DNA from: Ranitomeya imitator | Lineage: Eukaryota | NCBI RefSeq assembly: GCF_032444005.1 | Contig: NC_091286.1 | Coordinates: 396,056,001-396,120,000 of the forward strand | Direction of reading: 5' to 3' | Length of the DNA stretch: 64,000 nucleotides | Notes under the pieces: model-generated | The model's input: the letters and a program-made list of their open reading frames with translations, nothing else | Database searches by the model: none | Told to the model about the DNA's origin: nothing | Shown: positions 40,131-52,518 of the stretch, one piece after another | Numbering within the stretch: the stretch's first letter is position 1 | Layout of the letters: each line of letters starts with the position of its first letter | Position numbers and translations under genes: made by a program

Positions 40131-41027
40131 NNNNNNNNNNNNNNNNNNNNNNNNNNNNNNNNNNNNNNNNNNNNNNNNNNNNNNNNNNNNNNNNNNNNNN
40201 NNNNNNNNNNNNNNNNNNNNNNNNNNNNNNNNNNNNNNNNNNNNNNNNNNNNNNNNNNNNNNNNNNNNNNNNNNNNNNNNNNNNNNNNNNNNNNNNNNNN
40301 NNNNNNNNNNNNNNNNNNNNNNNNNNNNNNNNNNNNNNNNNNNNNNNNNNNNNNNNNNNNNNNNNNNNNNNNNNNNNNNNNNNNNNNNNNNNNNNNNNNN
40401 NNNNNNNNNNNNNNNNNNNNNNNNNNNNNNNNNNNNNNNNNNNNNNNNNNNNNNNNNNNNNNNNNNNNNNNNNNNNNNNNNNNNNNNNNNNNNNNNNNNN
40501 NNNNNNNNNNNNNNNNNNNNNNNNNNNNNNNNNNNNNNNNNNNNNNNNNNNNNNNNNNNNNNNNNNNNNNNNNNNNNNNNNNNNNNNNNNNNNNNNNNNN
40601 NNNNNNNNNNNNNNNNNNNNNNNNNNNNNNNNNNNNNNNNNNNNNNNNNNNNNNNNNNNNNNNNNNNNNNNNNNNNNNNNNNNNNNNNNNNNNNNNNNNN
40701 NNNNNNNNNNNNNNNNNNNNNNNNNNNNNNNNNNNNNNNNNNNNNNNNNNNNNNNNNNNNNNNNNNNNNNNNNNNNNNNNNNNNNNNNNNNNNNNNNNNN
40801 NNNNNNNNNNNNNNNNNNNNNNNNNNNNNNNNNNNNNNNNNNNNNNNNNNNNNNNNNNNNNNNNNNNNNNNNNNNNNNNNNNNNNNNNNNNNNNNNNNNN
40901 NNNNNNNNNNNNNNNNNNNNNNNNNNNNNNNNNNNNNNNNNNNNNNNNNNNNNNNNNNNNNNNNNNNNNNNNNNNNNNNNNNNNNNNNNNNNNNNNNNNN
41001 NNNNNNNNNNNNNNNNNNNNNNNNNNA
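40131..41027. other. Assembly gap (897 N). Other gaps: 41458-41611, 47938-48121, 51686-51815, 55357-55490
   Basis: Runs of N. Confidence 1.
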
Positions 41028-41044
41028 GATAAAATATATAGGTA

Positions 41045-41045
<1 letters not shown>

Positions 41046-41089
<44 letters not shown>

Positions 41090-41120
41090 GGATAGATAGA
41101 TACATAGAAAGATACATAGA
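41046..41120. repeat. (GATA)n microsatellite
   Basis: Direct reading; next to an N gap. Confidence 0.95.
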
Positions 41121-42075
41121 CAATTTGAGATACAAAATTATTCAAATTTAGAATGAAACAATATCATAATACAATATTAGTCTATTTTAGCTCATGCATT
41201 AGTCCTCTTAAGATTTGCTATTGCATTAGCAATAGACATTTTTCATCAGCACATAAAGGAATAAAGCATGGTTGCATTTTTTGAAGCCTGTAGATACCAC
41301 AGCATATGATGTGAACAGACATTGCAACTCTGGTTTGTAAGGTTCTGGCTTGAAGTTACATGGCTGCCAAAGGTTAAAGGCAAAGAAAACAAAAAGGAAG
41401 GAAGGAGTGAATGAAAGAAAAGCCGAAGGGAAAAAAGGAAGATGACGAAGTGGATATNNNNNNNNNNNNNNNNNNNNNNNNNNNNNNNNNNNNNNNNNNN
41501 NNNNNNNNNNNNNNNNNNNNNNNNNNNNNNNNNNNNNNNNNNNNNNNNNNNNNNNNNNNNNNNNNNNNNNNNNNNNNNNNNNNNNNNNNNNNNNNNNNNN
41601 NNNNNNNNNNNAAAAGAGAAGAAATAGGCAAAAAGGAATTAAAAATAAAAAGAACCAGCAAGGGAAGTAGAACAGGAAAGTTTATTAAGAAAGGAAGAAA
41701 TGAAGATTCTGTATGTTTCATTGGAGTCATCTTCTCCCTACAATTTTACTGTCAGTCTTTGGATTAAGCATAGCTATACCATTATCCTGAATGTGCAAAC
41801 CTACACACTCATGGGTCTATCTACTGTATGTAGTCAAACAAAAAGGTGCAAGTGAGATGCAACAAATGATGCAATATGGAAACAGGAACACATGGGCTAC
41901 TTGCACAGTGAACAAGTCTGTATGATGCAATATGGTAGACGTCTGTGGGTCAAACATGTTTGACAGATTTTCATCCATGCCTTTTTTTTCAAACATAGGC
42001 ATTACATGTGTGGTAAACCTAAGTGCCTAAACACACAGGCCTGAATTACAATAAATATGATTGTGTTCTTTGTTA

Positions 42076-43073
42076 TCTATATATATAAAAACTAGTGTAT
42101 GTGTGTGTGTATCAATGATGATGGTTGTCATGGTGACGATGATGTCATAATAAGTTGCAATGGTGATGGTGATGTCATAATGGTTGGCATGGTGACGATG
42201 TCATAATAGGTTGTAATGGTGATGGTTATGTCATAGTGGTTGCCATGGGGACGATGATGTCATAATAAGTTACCATGGCGACGATGATGTCAGAATGGTT
42301 GCCATGGTGAAGATGATGTCATAATAGGTATATGGGCACAAGACTATGGAATGGAGGATGTGTATGATGGGTATATGGGCACGGCACTATGGGATGGAGG
42401 ATGAGTATGATGGGTTTATGGGCATGGGACTATGGGATGGAGGATGTGTATGATGGGTATATGGGCATGGCACTATGGGAAAGAGGATGTGTATTATGGG
42501 TTTATGGGCATGGGACTATGGAATGGAGGATGTGTATTATGGGTATATGGGCATGGGACTATGGGATGGAAGATGTATATGATGGGTATATGGGCATGGG
42601 ACTATGGGATGGAGGATGTGTATGATGAGTATATGGGCACGGGACTATGGGATGGAGGATGTGTATGATGGGTATATGGGCACGGGACTATGTGATGGAG
42701 GATATGTATGATGGGTATATGGGCACGGGACTATGGGATGGAGGATGTGTATGATGGGTTTATGGGCATGGGACTATGGAATGGAGGATGTGTATGATGG
42801 GTATATGGGCACGGGACTATGGGATGGAAGATGTATATGATGGGTATATGGGCATGGGACTATGGAATGGAGGATGTGTAATATGGGTATATGGGCACGG
42901 GACTATGGGATGAGGATGTGTATGATGGGTATATGGGCACGGGACTATGGGATGGAGGATATGTATGATGGTATATGGGCAAGGGACTATGGGATGGAGG
43001 ATAATCATTATAATGTGTTATAACTAACCACAGTTAGTTACTATGCCCGGGCAACACCAGGCTCTTTAGCTAG
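42076..43073 (+). mobile_element. Non-autonomous Helitron
   Basis: A|TC start (a|tctatatatataa), subterminal hairpin gcccgg-gcaaca-ccaggc, CTAG|T end, inserted between A and T without a TSD. Confidence 0.8.
42327..43002. repeat. 43-bp minisatellite (about 15-16 copies) inside the Helitron, preceded by a degenerate ~30-bp array (42113-42326)
   Basis: Unit gggtatatgggcacgggactatgggatggaggatgtgtatgat. The upstream unit is gatgatgtcataatggttgccatggtgac-like. Confidence 0.93.
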
Positions 43074-43362
43074 TTGGTTATAAATCTCAAAAATATTGTT
43101 TTTCCTTTAATCGCTAGTCTGTTCCATTGTATGGTGTATAAGAAAAAGTCACTTGCTCTCAATGAATGGGGGCCATGTTATATCTACTGCAGAGCTGTAT
43201 TATTTTAACATGCTTGTGTTACCTGTGAGATGTGATGGGATGATATAGCTATTGCATATTATTATGACATATTAATTGATACCATATTATGAAAACACAT
43301 TAATAGGTCATGTTGTAAGCGTATGCTCTAACTACCCATGCATGGTACACAATGGCATGTAC

Positions 43363-43482
43363 CTTCTTTTAAATTCAGGGACATAGTATTCTTGAACATC
43401 TCTATCAGCCCCACATACACATTTTACTCTGGAACCGGAGGAAATTGATGAAACTCTTTGAGTAGAAGCAGAACTACTTCTT
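43363..43482 (-). CDS. MYOM2: MYOM2 exon 3 equivalent: RSSSASTQRVSSISSGSRVKCVCGADRDVQEYYVPEFKR(R)
   Basis: 120 nt, acceptor ctcttctctctgtcactacag, donor AAG|gtacat, phase 2/2 fits both neighbours. Ser-rich stretch followed by a Cys pair, as in the MYOM2 head. Homology is weak, so the call rests mainly on splice signals and phase. Confidence 0.75.
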
Positions 43483-45537
43483 CTGTAGTGACAGAGAGAA
43501 GAGATGATGTTGCACGTACCTGTCGTAGCTCTGTGACATCACTACTGTTAGATACACAGTAATATATGTATACAACACACCATCATTATACACATGGCAA
43601 GCTTGGCTTGCTACATTGTAACCTCCATCAGAGAATACAGAACATTATCCAGCACTGCAGCCATCTCTCGGAGAAGAACGTGTATCTTTATTCCATCATT
43701 AAATGTCGCAATCAGGTTCCAGCTCTTCCTCATGGCAGTGAGGAAGATTAGACAAGATTGAAATCCGACCGCATCAGCAGTTTCTTGTCACTTCTCCTAA
43801 ATTTGTAATGATATTTTGTGGTGTAAATGCCACTGTTCTCCTGATTCTGGTTTTGCTTTTTTCCTGTTCTAATTCATCTACATTCTTGAAATATGGTCCT
43901 CTCTTTAACACAAAGTGGGTTTCCTGAGGACCACACCTATTTAGCTAACAAGACTAGATTTACATATAGTTATGACAGGGCCATATTTCAGGGACCAAAA
44001 CTAAACAATGCCATATTCAGGAGAACAGCAGCATTTCTAGTTACATAGTTATTAAGGTTGAAGGAAGACTATAAGTCCATCTAGTTCAACCCATAACATG
44101 TTATGCCAGTTAGAAGTGACATATTTTTGGGTGAAGTTACAAACCTTTCTGCAGTGTGAATTCTTTATCCCTCTAAGGACTGACGCACATGACCATTTTT
44201 CTAATTCGACTACTTTCTATGATTTTCAAAGATAGCACTTGTAACCATGATAATCTTTGGGGTTGTTCACATGTCTGATTTTTTCTTCAGAGCGAGTGGT
44301 CAGCGGGAAAAATTGCAGACACCACCGATTTTGATCCAAATGTCAGATAAAAATCAGTAATGCAAGTCTAGGGGTCCGTCAAACAAATCTGATCGCAGTG
44401 AGATGACATCCAATAGTGATGGAATTTTCATGAACTGACCGAAAGAAGAAGGTGGATAATTTTCTCTCCACATCAGAGAAAAACTGATACCTCTTGGATC
44501 AAACTCTGATCAAAGTATGATCAAAATAGTATTAACGTTTTTTTGGAATGTGGAGAAAATGGTTGTGTGACCCTGCTCTAAATGGGATGTAAAGTTAGCA
44601 AGTTAAATTGTCCTTCTGCCACACAGAAAGCCACCGGTATTATAAACAGTATGTCGTAGATCACAGCTTCCCTTAAAGATTTTGCATTGTGATTAAGGAT
44701 CTTCAAGTCTCAACCTATCACCATATTTTTGTACAAATTGATATTAAACAATTAAAAATGTTGGTCCACAGCCAAAATTTATAAATAATAAGCATATGAT
44801 TGCTATGGTTGACACCGCTGAGACCCCCAATGATCACTAGTATGGGGGTCCTGTCTTCCCGGTCAGATGGAGCTGCGGAGTGCTTCAGTCAACATCTATG
44901 GCACTGATAAAAATAGCAGAGTGTTATGATCAACACTGATTGAATTGTTAATGTCCCTGAAGGTGTCTCCTTTTAAACTAGGGACACAGGCCCTCAACGT
45001 GCGTCTCAGAAGTTGGATATACATGTTTGTTGAAGCCCGTCATGAGAGCTAACTCCCATAAGGGCTGGTAGTGCAGTGGATATGATGTCCACAAATAATG
45101 AATGCAAGTGAACTATTCGTGAAGGTGGAAGTTTCCTTTATTTTAATGAGGCTACTGAACAGGAGATCATATGTATTCTTACATTTTTTTTTCCACTGTG
45201 CGTGAAAATTCTCTTTCCTTGCATTTTTACAATATAGCCACAAATACGTGAGGCTAGATTTGCAATGTGTTTGGGCCATAAGTCAGTGGCTCTGTTTGGC
45301 TTCTCTCTGACACCTTAAAAATGGGATTCTGGTGGTACCCCTGATGGTGACAATAGCTTTAATAAATCACTTTGTGCTCTGTCTGGCCTTTGACTAAGCA
45401 TTGTCCACCTTTCTGAGGCAGGCACAAAAGTGTGGTTGACCAGGCTTTTGTGCCTGCCTCAAATGCAGTGTGAACATTCCCAAATCTGTTTGCATATTAT
45501 AATGTACAAACAAGGAACTTCTCTCTTTGGTTATATT

Positions 45538-46112
45538 TAGGGATGGGTGAACCCAAACTGTAAAGTTCTGGACCTGTACCGAACACATAGTGTTCGGTCA
45601 CAAGGTCCCGAACATGGGTTTCCATGAGAAACCCGTGTTACAGTTCGGTTTCAGTTCAGGTCCAGGGTCTGTAAAAGAATACAATTAATAATAAACATTA
45701 TAATTATACTTACCTGTCCAGCGACACGTCCTCCCATCCTGCTGTCTCCCGGCCGCATCTGCTTCCGGGGCCGCTCATTAACTTCCGGCCGACGGTGGCC
45801 AAAAATTTCTGAGCACCGAGTAGTGGATTGAATAACTCAAAAGTTAATGAGCGGCCTGGGAAGTAGATGCGGCCGTGAGACAGCGGGACGGGAGGACGCG
45901 TCGCTGGACAGGTAAGTATAATTATAATGTTTATTATTAGTTTTATTCTTTGTTTTACAGCCCCCCCCCCCCCCGCCAAATCCCATGTCTGTAAAATCCA
46001 AGCTCGGGGTTCGGACGCAAGTTCGCATCATCTCCTGCCCCGAGCTCGAACTTTACAAAAAAACTTGGGCGAACCCGCCGATCCCGATCATGGGGGGGTT
46101 CGCCAATCACTA
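45538..46112. mobile_element. hAT-like MITE with 8-bp TSD gttatatt (right copy split by the intact Tc1)
   Basis: TAGGGATGGGTGAACC ... GGTTCGCCAATCACTA ends. Left flank gttatatt; right flank gtta-[Tc1]-ta-tatt. Confidence 0.85.
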
Positions 46113-46116
46113 GTTA

Positions 46117-47720
46117 CAGTGGGGCAAAAAAGTATTTAGTCAGTCAGCAATAGTGCAAGTTCCACCACTTAAAAAGATGAGAGGCGTCTGTAATTTACAT
46201 CATAGGTAGACCTCAACTATGGGAGACAAACTGAGAAAAAAAAATCCAGAAAATCACATTGTCTGTTTTTTTAACATTTTATTTGCATATTATGGTGGAA
46301 AATAAGTATTTGGTCAGAAACAAACAATCAAGATTTCTGGCTCTCACAGACCTGTAACTTCTTCTTTAAGAGTCTCCTCTTTCCTCCACTCATTACCTGT
46401 AGTAATGGCACCTGTTTAAACTTGTTATCAGTATAAAAAGACACCTGTGCACACCCTCAAACAGTCTGACTCCAAACTCCACTATGGTGAAGACCAAAGA
46501 GCTGTCAAAGGACACCAGAAACAAAATTGTAGCCCTGCACCAGGCTGGGAAGACTGAATCTGCAATAGCCAACCAGCTTGGAGTGAAGAAATCAACAGTG
46601 GGAGCAATAATTAGAAAATGGAAGACATACAAGACCACTGATAATCTCCCTCGATCTGGGGCTCCACGCAAAATCCCACCCCGTGGGGTCAGAATGATCA
46701 CAAGAACGGTGAGCAAAAATCCCAGAACCACGCGGGGGGACCTAGTGAATGAACTGCAGAGAGCTGGGACCAATGTAACAAGGCCTACCATAAGTAACAC
46801 ACTACACCACCATGGACTCAGATCCTGCAGTGCCAGACGTGTCCCACTGCTTAAGCCAGTACATGTCCGGGCCCATCTGAAGTTTGCTAGAGAGCATTTG
46901 GATGATCCAGAGGAGTTTTGGGAGAATGTCCTATGGTCTGATGAAACCAAACTGGAACTGTTTGGTAGAAACACAACTTGTCGTGTTTGGAGGAAAAAGA
47001 ATACTGAGTTGCATCCATCAAACACCATACCTACTGTAAAGCATGGTGGTGGAAACATCATGCTTTGGGGCTGTTTCTCTGCAAAGGGGCCAGGACAACT
47101 GATCCGGGTACATGCAAGAATGAATGGGGCCATGTATCGTGAGATTTTGAGTGCAAAGCTCCTTCCATCAGCAAGGGCATTGAAGATGAAACGTGGCTGG
47201 GTCTTTCAACATGACAATGATCCAAAGCACACCGCCAGGGCAACGAAGGAGTGGCTTCATAAGAAGCATTTCAAGGTCCTGGAGTGGCCTAGCCAGTCTC
47301 CAGATCTCAACCCTATAGAAAACCTTTGGAGGGAGTTGAAAGTCCGTGTTGCCAAGCGAAAAGCCAAAAACATCACTGCTCTAGAGGAGATCTGCATGGA
47401 GGAATGGGCCAACATACCAACAACAGTGTGTGGCAAGCTTGTGAAGACTTACAGAAAACGTTTGACCTCTGTCATTGCCAACAAAGGATATATTACAAAG
47501 TATTGAGATGAAATTTTGTTTGACCAAATACTTATTTTCCACCATAATATACAAATAAAATGTTAAAAAAACAGACAATGTGATTTTCTGGATTTTTTTT
47601 TCTCAGTTTGTCTCCCATAGTTGAGGTCTACCTATGATGTAAATTACAGACGCCTCTCATCTTTTTAAGTGGTGGAACTTGCACTATTGCTGACTGACTA
47701 AATACTTTTTTGCCCCACTG
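46117..47720 (+). mobile_element. Apparently intact Tc1/mariner transposon (IR/DR type), 1604 bp, in MYOM2 intron 2
   Basis: TA target duplication on both sides. TIRs 46117-46316 and 47521-47720 are 200 bp with one mismatch by eye. Inner and outer direct repeats share the AAGTATTT(A/G)GTCA core. Confidence 0.97.
46484..47506 (+). CDS. Tc1-family DD34E transposase, 340 aa, uninterrupted
   Basis: N-terminal paired-like HTH region, then [15 protein letters not shown] and [15 protein letters not shown] motifs. I counted 34 residues between the second D and the E. Confidence 0.97.
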   Translation: MVKTKELSKDTRNKIVALHQAGKTESAIANQLGVKKSTVGAIIRKWKTYKTTDNLPRSGAPRKIPPRGVRMITRTVSKNPRTTRGDLVNELQRAGTNVTRPTISNTLHHHGLRSCSARRVPLLKPVHVRAHLKFAREHLDDPEEFWENVLWSDETKLELFGRNTTCRVWRKKNTELHPSNTIPTVKHGGGNIMLWGCFSAKGPGQLIRVHARMNGAMYREILSAKLLPSARALKMKRGWVFQHDNDPKHTARATKEWLHKKHFKVLEWPSQSPDLNPIENLWRELKVRVAKRKAKNITALEEICMEEWANIPTTVCGKLVKTYRKRLTSVIANKGYITKY

Positions 47721-48342
47721 TATATTAAAAATCAGCAAAGAATCTGAAATATTGAAAGAAGAATTTTAAGGTCACATGGTGACTTTAATTGTTTGTGAAT
47801 ATAATCAAAATAGCCTAATATAGATGGACAATTTTGTTTGTGTTTTTGTAAAATAATAAAGATGGCTGCAGAGCAATTATGGAGAAAAAATATACTGTAT
47901 TAAAACACAAAATGAAAGGATTTCTTAATGAATGTAANNNNNNNNNNNNNNNNNNNNNNNNNNNNNNNNNNNNNNNNNNNNNNNNNNNNNNNNNNNNNNN
48001 NNNNNNNNNNNNNNNNNNNNNNNNNNNNNNNNNNNNNNNNNNNNNNNNNNNNNNNNNNNNNNNNNNNNNNNNNNNNNNNNNNNNNNNNNNNNNNNNNNNN
48101 NNNNNNNNNNNNNNNNNNNNNATTATACATAAATAGCACAGAAAAGAATTTCATTCATTATTTGGCATCAGCAATTCTATTACGGTAATTTAATTGCAAA
48201 TTATGCATATAAACACTTCTAACAGCTAGTTCTTTTATTCAATGTCTAAATTTTCCATGTGTACCACTCTGTTATAACAAGCTACACTGCATTCACAAAG
48301 TATTTATTCCCTCTCTGATTTCTTCTATTTTCCTATACTTAA

Positions 48343-48927
48343 AGAGAACCTATCACCTCCCCAGGCATTTGTAACTAAAAGAGCCACCTTGTGCAGCACT
48401 AATGCTGCATTTTGACAAGGTGGCTCTTTTTAGTTCGGGTCCCTGGCAATGCTGCAATAATCTCTTTTGAAATTTGTCCCTCATACCTGTGAAATCGTCC
48501 GGGGGGCAGGTCTTTCCCCCTAATCCTGATGCCTCACAGCCGTCATTCATGGCCTCTGCGCGCCGGGCGCCGCCTCCTCTTCCTTCAGTAGTGTCCCCGA
48601 CGCCTGCGCTGTAAGTTCGAAGGGCAGCGCAACAGCGCATGCCTGAAAAAAAAAATAACAGCACAGGCGCCGGGGATGCTACCGAAGGAAGAGGAGGCGG
48701 TGCCCGGCGCGCAGAGGCCATGAGTGATGTATGTGAGGCGTCAGGATTTGGGGGAAAGACCTGCACCCCGGACGATTTCACAGGTATGAGGGACAAATTT
48801 CAAAAGCGATTATTGCAGCAGTGCCAGAGACCCGAACTAAAAGATCCACCTTGTCAGAATGCAGCATTAGTGCTGCACAAGGTGGCTCTTTAAGTTACAA
48901 ACGCCTGGAGGGGGTGACAGGTTCCCT
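48343..48927. mobile_element. Kolobok/T2-like palindromic MITE
   Basis: ttaa|AGAGAACCTATCACC ... GGTGACAGGTTCCCT|ttaa. A half copy of a related element lies at about 50975-51574. Confidence 0.85.
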
Positions 48928-49432
48928 TTAATGTGTAAAAGCACGTTCAGAAAATCTTTGCTAATTAAGGATAAGTTCACTCGACCGTAGAAAAAAAATC
49001 ATCCGATTTTCAACCAGAACGGACAATTTTTCATCTGAATTGTCATAAATTTGTCAGTCCATTTTTGTCCATCCGTATGTACATTTTATTTTACATCTGC
49101 ATGGAATCCATTTTTATACATTAGTAGTTAAAATTTACAACAATAAATACAGTTTCCTGTTTTATAAATTGCAATATATCCATAAACATCGGATGCCATA
49201 CTGTTGATCCACGTGGGATCTGATGTTTTTTGCTCTCTCATAGACTTGAATGGGCAAGTCTCATCCAAATTCCTGAATACACTAGTGCAAGCTGCGATTT
49301 TTTTTGTATGTGTACATTCGGTCAACTGAATAGCACAACTGAATCATATTGGTTCTAGCGCTGTCCGAATGCTGTCAATTTTTCCATGGAGAGCACTTGG
49401 GCTATGTTCACATGGCTGTACATTCTGTCTTA

Positions 49433-50888
49433 CAGTGGGGAAATAAGTATTTGGTACACTGCCGATTTTGCAAGTTTTCCCACCTAAAAAGAATTGGGAG
49501 GTCTGTAATTTTTATTGTAAGTACACTTCAACTGTGAGAGACAGAATCTTAAAAAAATCCCGAAAATCACATTGTATTTGCATTTTATTGAATGATATAT
49601 GTATTTGACACAATAGTAAAACAGAACTTAATTTTTGGTACAGACTCAATATATATCTTCTCCAGATCTTTCAGGTTTCGGAGCTGTCGATGGGCAACAT
49701 TGAGTTTCAGCTTCCTCCAAAGATTGTTTTTGGGGTTCAGATCTGGAGACTGGCTAGGCCACTCCAGGAGTTTGAAATGCTTCTTACGAAGCCACATCTT
49801 TGGTTGCCCTGGCTGTTTGTTTTCGAGTCATTGTCATGCTGGAAGACCCAGTCACAAACCATCTTCCGTGGTCTTATTGAGGGAAGTACTGTAGGTTGTT
49901 GGCCAAAATTTTGTGATATATTACCCCATCCATCTTCCCTTCAATATGGTGCATTAGTCCTGTCCCCTTTGCAGAAAAGCACCCTCAACGTATGATGTTT
50001 TCCCCACCATGCTTCAGGGTTGTGTTCTTGGGGTTATACTCATCCCTTTTCTTCCAAACATGGCGAGTGGAGTTGATACCAAAAAGTTCTATTTTGGTCT
50101 CATGTGACCATGTGATCTTCTCCTATACCTCCTCTAGATCATCAAGATAGTCATTGGCAAACTTCAAATGGACCTGGACATGTGTTGGAGTGAGCAGGGG
50201 GACCTTGCATGCCCTGCATGATTTTAGTCCATGATGACGTAGTGTGTTACTAATGGTAATGTTTGAGACTGAGGTCTTAGCTCTCTTCAGGTGATTGACC
50301 TGGTCCTCCCATGTAGTTCTGGGCTGATTTCCGACCTTTCTCAAAATCATCCTTACCCCATGAGTCAAAACTTGCATGGAGCACCAGACCAAGGAAGATT
50401 GACAGTCATCTTGTGTTTCTTCCATTTTCTAACAATTGTGCCAACAGTTGTTGTCTTCACACCAAGCTGCTTGCCTGTTGTCCGGTAGTCCCTCCTAGCC
50501 TTGGGCAGGTCTGCAATTTTGTCCCTGGTGTCCCAAGACTGCTCTTTGATCTTGGCCATGGTGGAGAGGTTGAAGTGTGACTGATTGTATGTGGACAGGT
50601 GTTTTTTATCGATGTAATGAGTTCAAACAGGAGCAAATAATACTTGTAATGAGTGGAGAGTAGGAGGGCTTCGTAAAGAAAAACTAACAGGTCTGTGAGA
50701 GCCAGAATTCTTCCAGGTTGGTAGGTGATCAAATGTTTAGTTCATGCAATAAAATGAAAATTAATTATGCAAAAATCATGCAACGTGATTAACTGTATTT
50801 TTTTTCAAGATTCTGCCTCTCAGAGTTGAAGTGTAGGTGGGAAAACGTGCAAAATCGGCTCTGTATCAAATACGTATTTTCCCCATTG
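49433..50888 (-). mobile_element. Decayed Tc1 element related to the intact copy
   Basis: Ends CAGTGGGGAAATAAGTATTT / AAATACGTATTTTCCCCATTG with TA flanks. Fragmented ORFs [15 protein letters not shown]..., QPRTTWEDQVNHLKRA... and [12 protein letters not shown]. Confidence 0.92.

Positions 50889-50892
<4 letters not shown>

Positions 50893-50974
<82 letters not shown>
50893..50974. repeat. (TA)n microsatellite, about 41 units
   Basis: Direct reading; abuts the end of the decayed Tc1. Confidence 0.97.
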
Positions 50975-50977
<3 letters not shown>

Positions 50978-51589
50978 GGCAGGCGCAGTAAGTCACCCAG
51001 GTCCCCCGCCTTACAGTGTCTGTCTTTTCAGCTGATTGTGCCTCCTCCTCCTAGCAATCACCGGGAAAGAATTGCTAGGAGGAGGCACGATCAGCTGAAT
51101 ATACAGATGCTGAAAGGCGGGGGACCTGGGTGACAGGCTGACACACGCAGCGCGCATGCCCAGGAATCCTAACCCCGCACTGTGCATAATGCATAACACA
51201 CTGCGGGGCAGGGATTCCCAAGGTGGGTGGCCACACTGCCCGCACAGGCGCAGTCTGCAAGCCTGGCTGGGACGTGAGATGGCCAGAGCTCACTGCGCCT
51301 GCCCCACACAGTTGTACACAGCGCAGGCGCCGGTTTTGAAGCTAAAACAGCGTAGAGGGGACGGCGCCGAAAGCCCCTGAAGATTGGAGTGACGGCAGAG
51401 TAGCGGTTCGCCTCCCTGGCGAAAGATAGGTATTTTAGATAAGTTTCAAAGCGCTTTATTTTGGGAATACATGAACAAAAAACTAAAAGAGCCACCTTGT
51501 TAGAATGCAGCATTACTGCTGCACAAGGTGGCTCTTTTAGTTTATAACGGCTGGAGGGGGTTGACAGTGGCCCTTTAAGTATATAATTT

Positions 51590-51685
51590 CCCATGTGTTA
51601 TTTCATAGTTTTGATGCCTTCAGTGTGAATGTACAATTTTCATAGTCATGAAAATACAGAAAAATCTTTAAATGAGGTGTGTCCA
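51590..51685. mobile_element. TIR fragment of the same Tc1 family as 14249-15832, cut by an N gap
   Basis: Matches 15720-15825 (...gtcatgaaaatacagaaaaatctttaaatgag(aa)gtgtgtc). Confidence 0.8.
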
Positions 51686-52411
51686 NNNNNNNNNNNNNNN
51701 NNNNNNNNNNNNNNNNNNNNNNNNNNNNNNNNNNNNNNNNNNNNNNNNNNNNNNNNNNNNNNNNNNNNNNNNNNNNNNNNNNNNNNNNNNNNNNNNNNNN
51801 NNNNNNNNNNNNNNNTTGTAAGTGAAAAAAATAGATACAAGCAGGAGGTATATATAGCAGCATTTCATCATAATATAATTACAAACTCATTAGTGAAAAT
51901 ATTTACACATATTGATTTGATATGGGTGGTCATACTTCCAAATAGAAGCCACATGTGTTCATTTACATGTGATTAATGCATTTTGCCCTTTATGTTAATG
52001 TAATCATTGATGTTATACATTTTATGATATTTGATGCTTTTAATGCAATGAATATATTATGAACTGTATCACAAAGCACATGTTATTATACTGTACACTT
52101 ATGATTCAGATGTATTTTCACTACGATTTTGTAATTATAGTATGATGAAAAGCTGCTATATATACGTCTTGCGTTAATCTATTCACTGATTGAGGAAGGT
52201 TGTGCACAACCGAAACATTACTACAAAAGTCAACTTTTTCACCTACATTTTTTTGGGAGCGCTGCCTGCTTTTCTTATTTACATTACAATTGGATAATTG
52301 CTTGGTAGGCTTTCCTCCCACTGTTCTCTCTACAGTACATTTATCTTATTTCAAATAAATCCCAGACACTTAAAATTACATTTTAATCAATTATGGACAA
52401 GCAGCACTTAC

Positions 52412-52518
52412 TTTTGTGTTGAATATTCTTGGACTACATATCTGCTTTGAACATTGCGGTAAGAGTGGTCATAATGCTTATGTCTCTTTTGATAATAAGG
52501 AACGACCTTGGAAGACAT
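52412..52518 (-). CDS. MYOM2: Myomesin-2 first coding exon (human exon 2 equivalent): MSSKVVPYYQKRHKHYDHSYRNVQSRYVVQEYSTQ(K)
   Basis: 107-nt coding part. ATG in GCTGCCATG context, acceptor ...ttctag ending just before 52533 (15-nt UTR part), donor AA|gtaagt. Resembles the human N-terminus MSLVTVPFYQKRHRHFDQSYRNIQTRYLLDEY (recalled). Confidence 0.93.

Noticed and set aside
40033-41767. Long ORFs in the supplied track (370, 339, 321 and 118 aa), and similar ones near 47.9 kb and 51.6 kb
   Set aside because: They are runs of X translated from N gaps.
42389-43008. Repetitive ORFs (MGWRM..., MIILHPIVPCPY...) and the YIYIYI ORFs at 50.8-51.1 kb
   Set aside because: Translations of minisatellite and (TA)n DNA.
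46393-47133. 246-aa minus-strand ORF overlapping the transposase
   Set aside because: Antisense shadow of the intact Tc1 ORF, with no independent motif or codon evidence.
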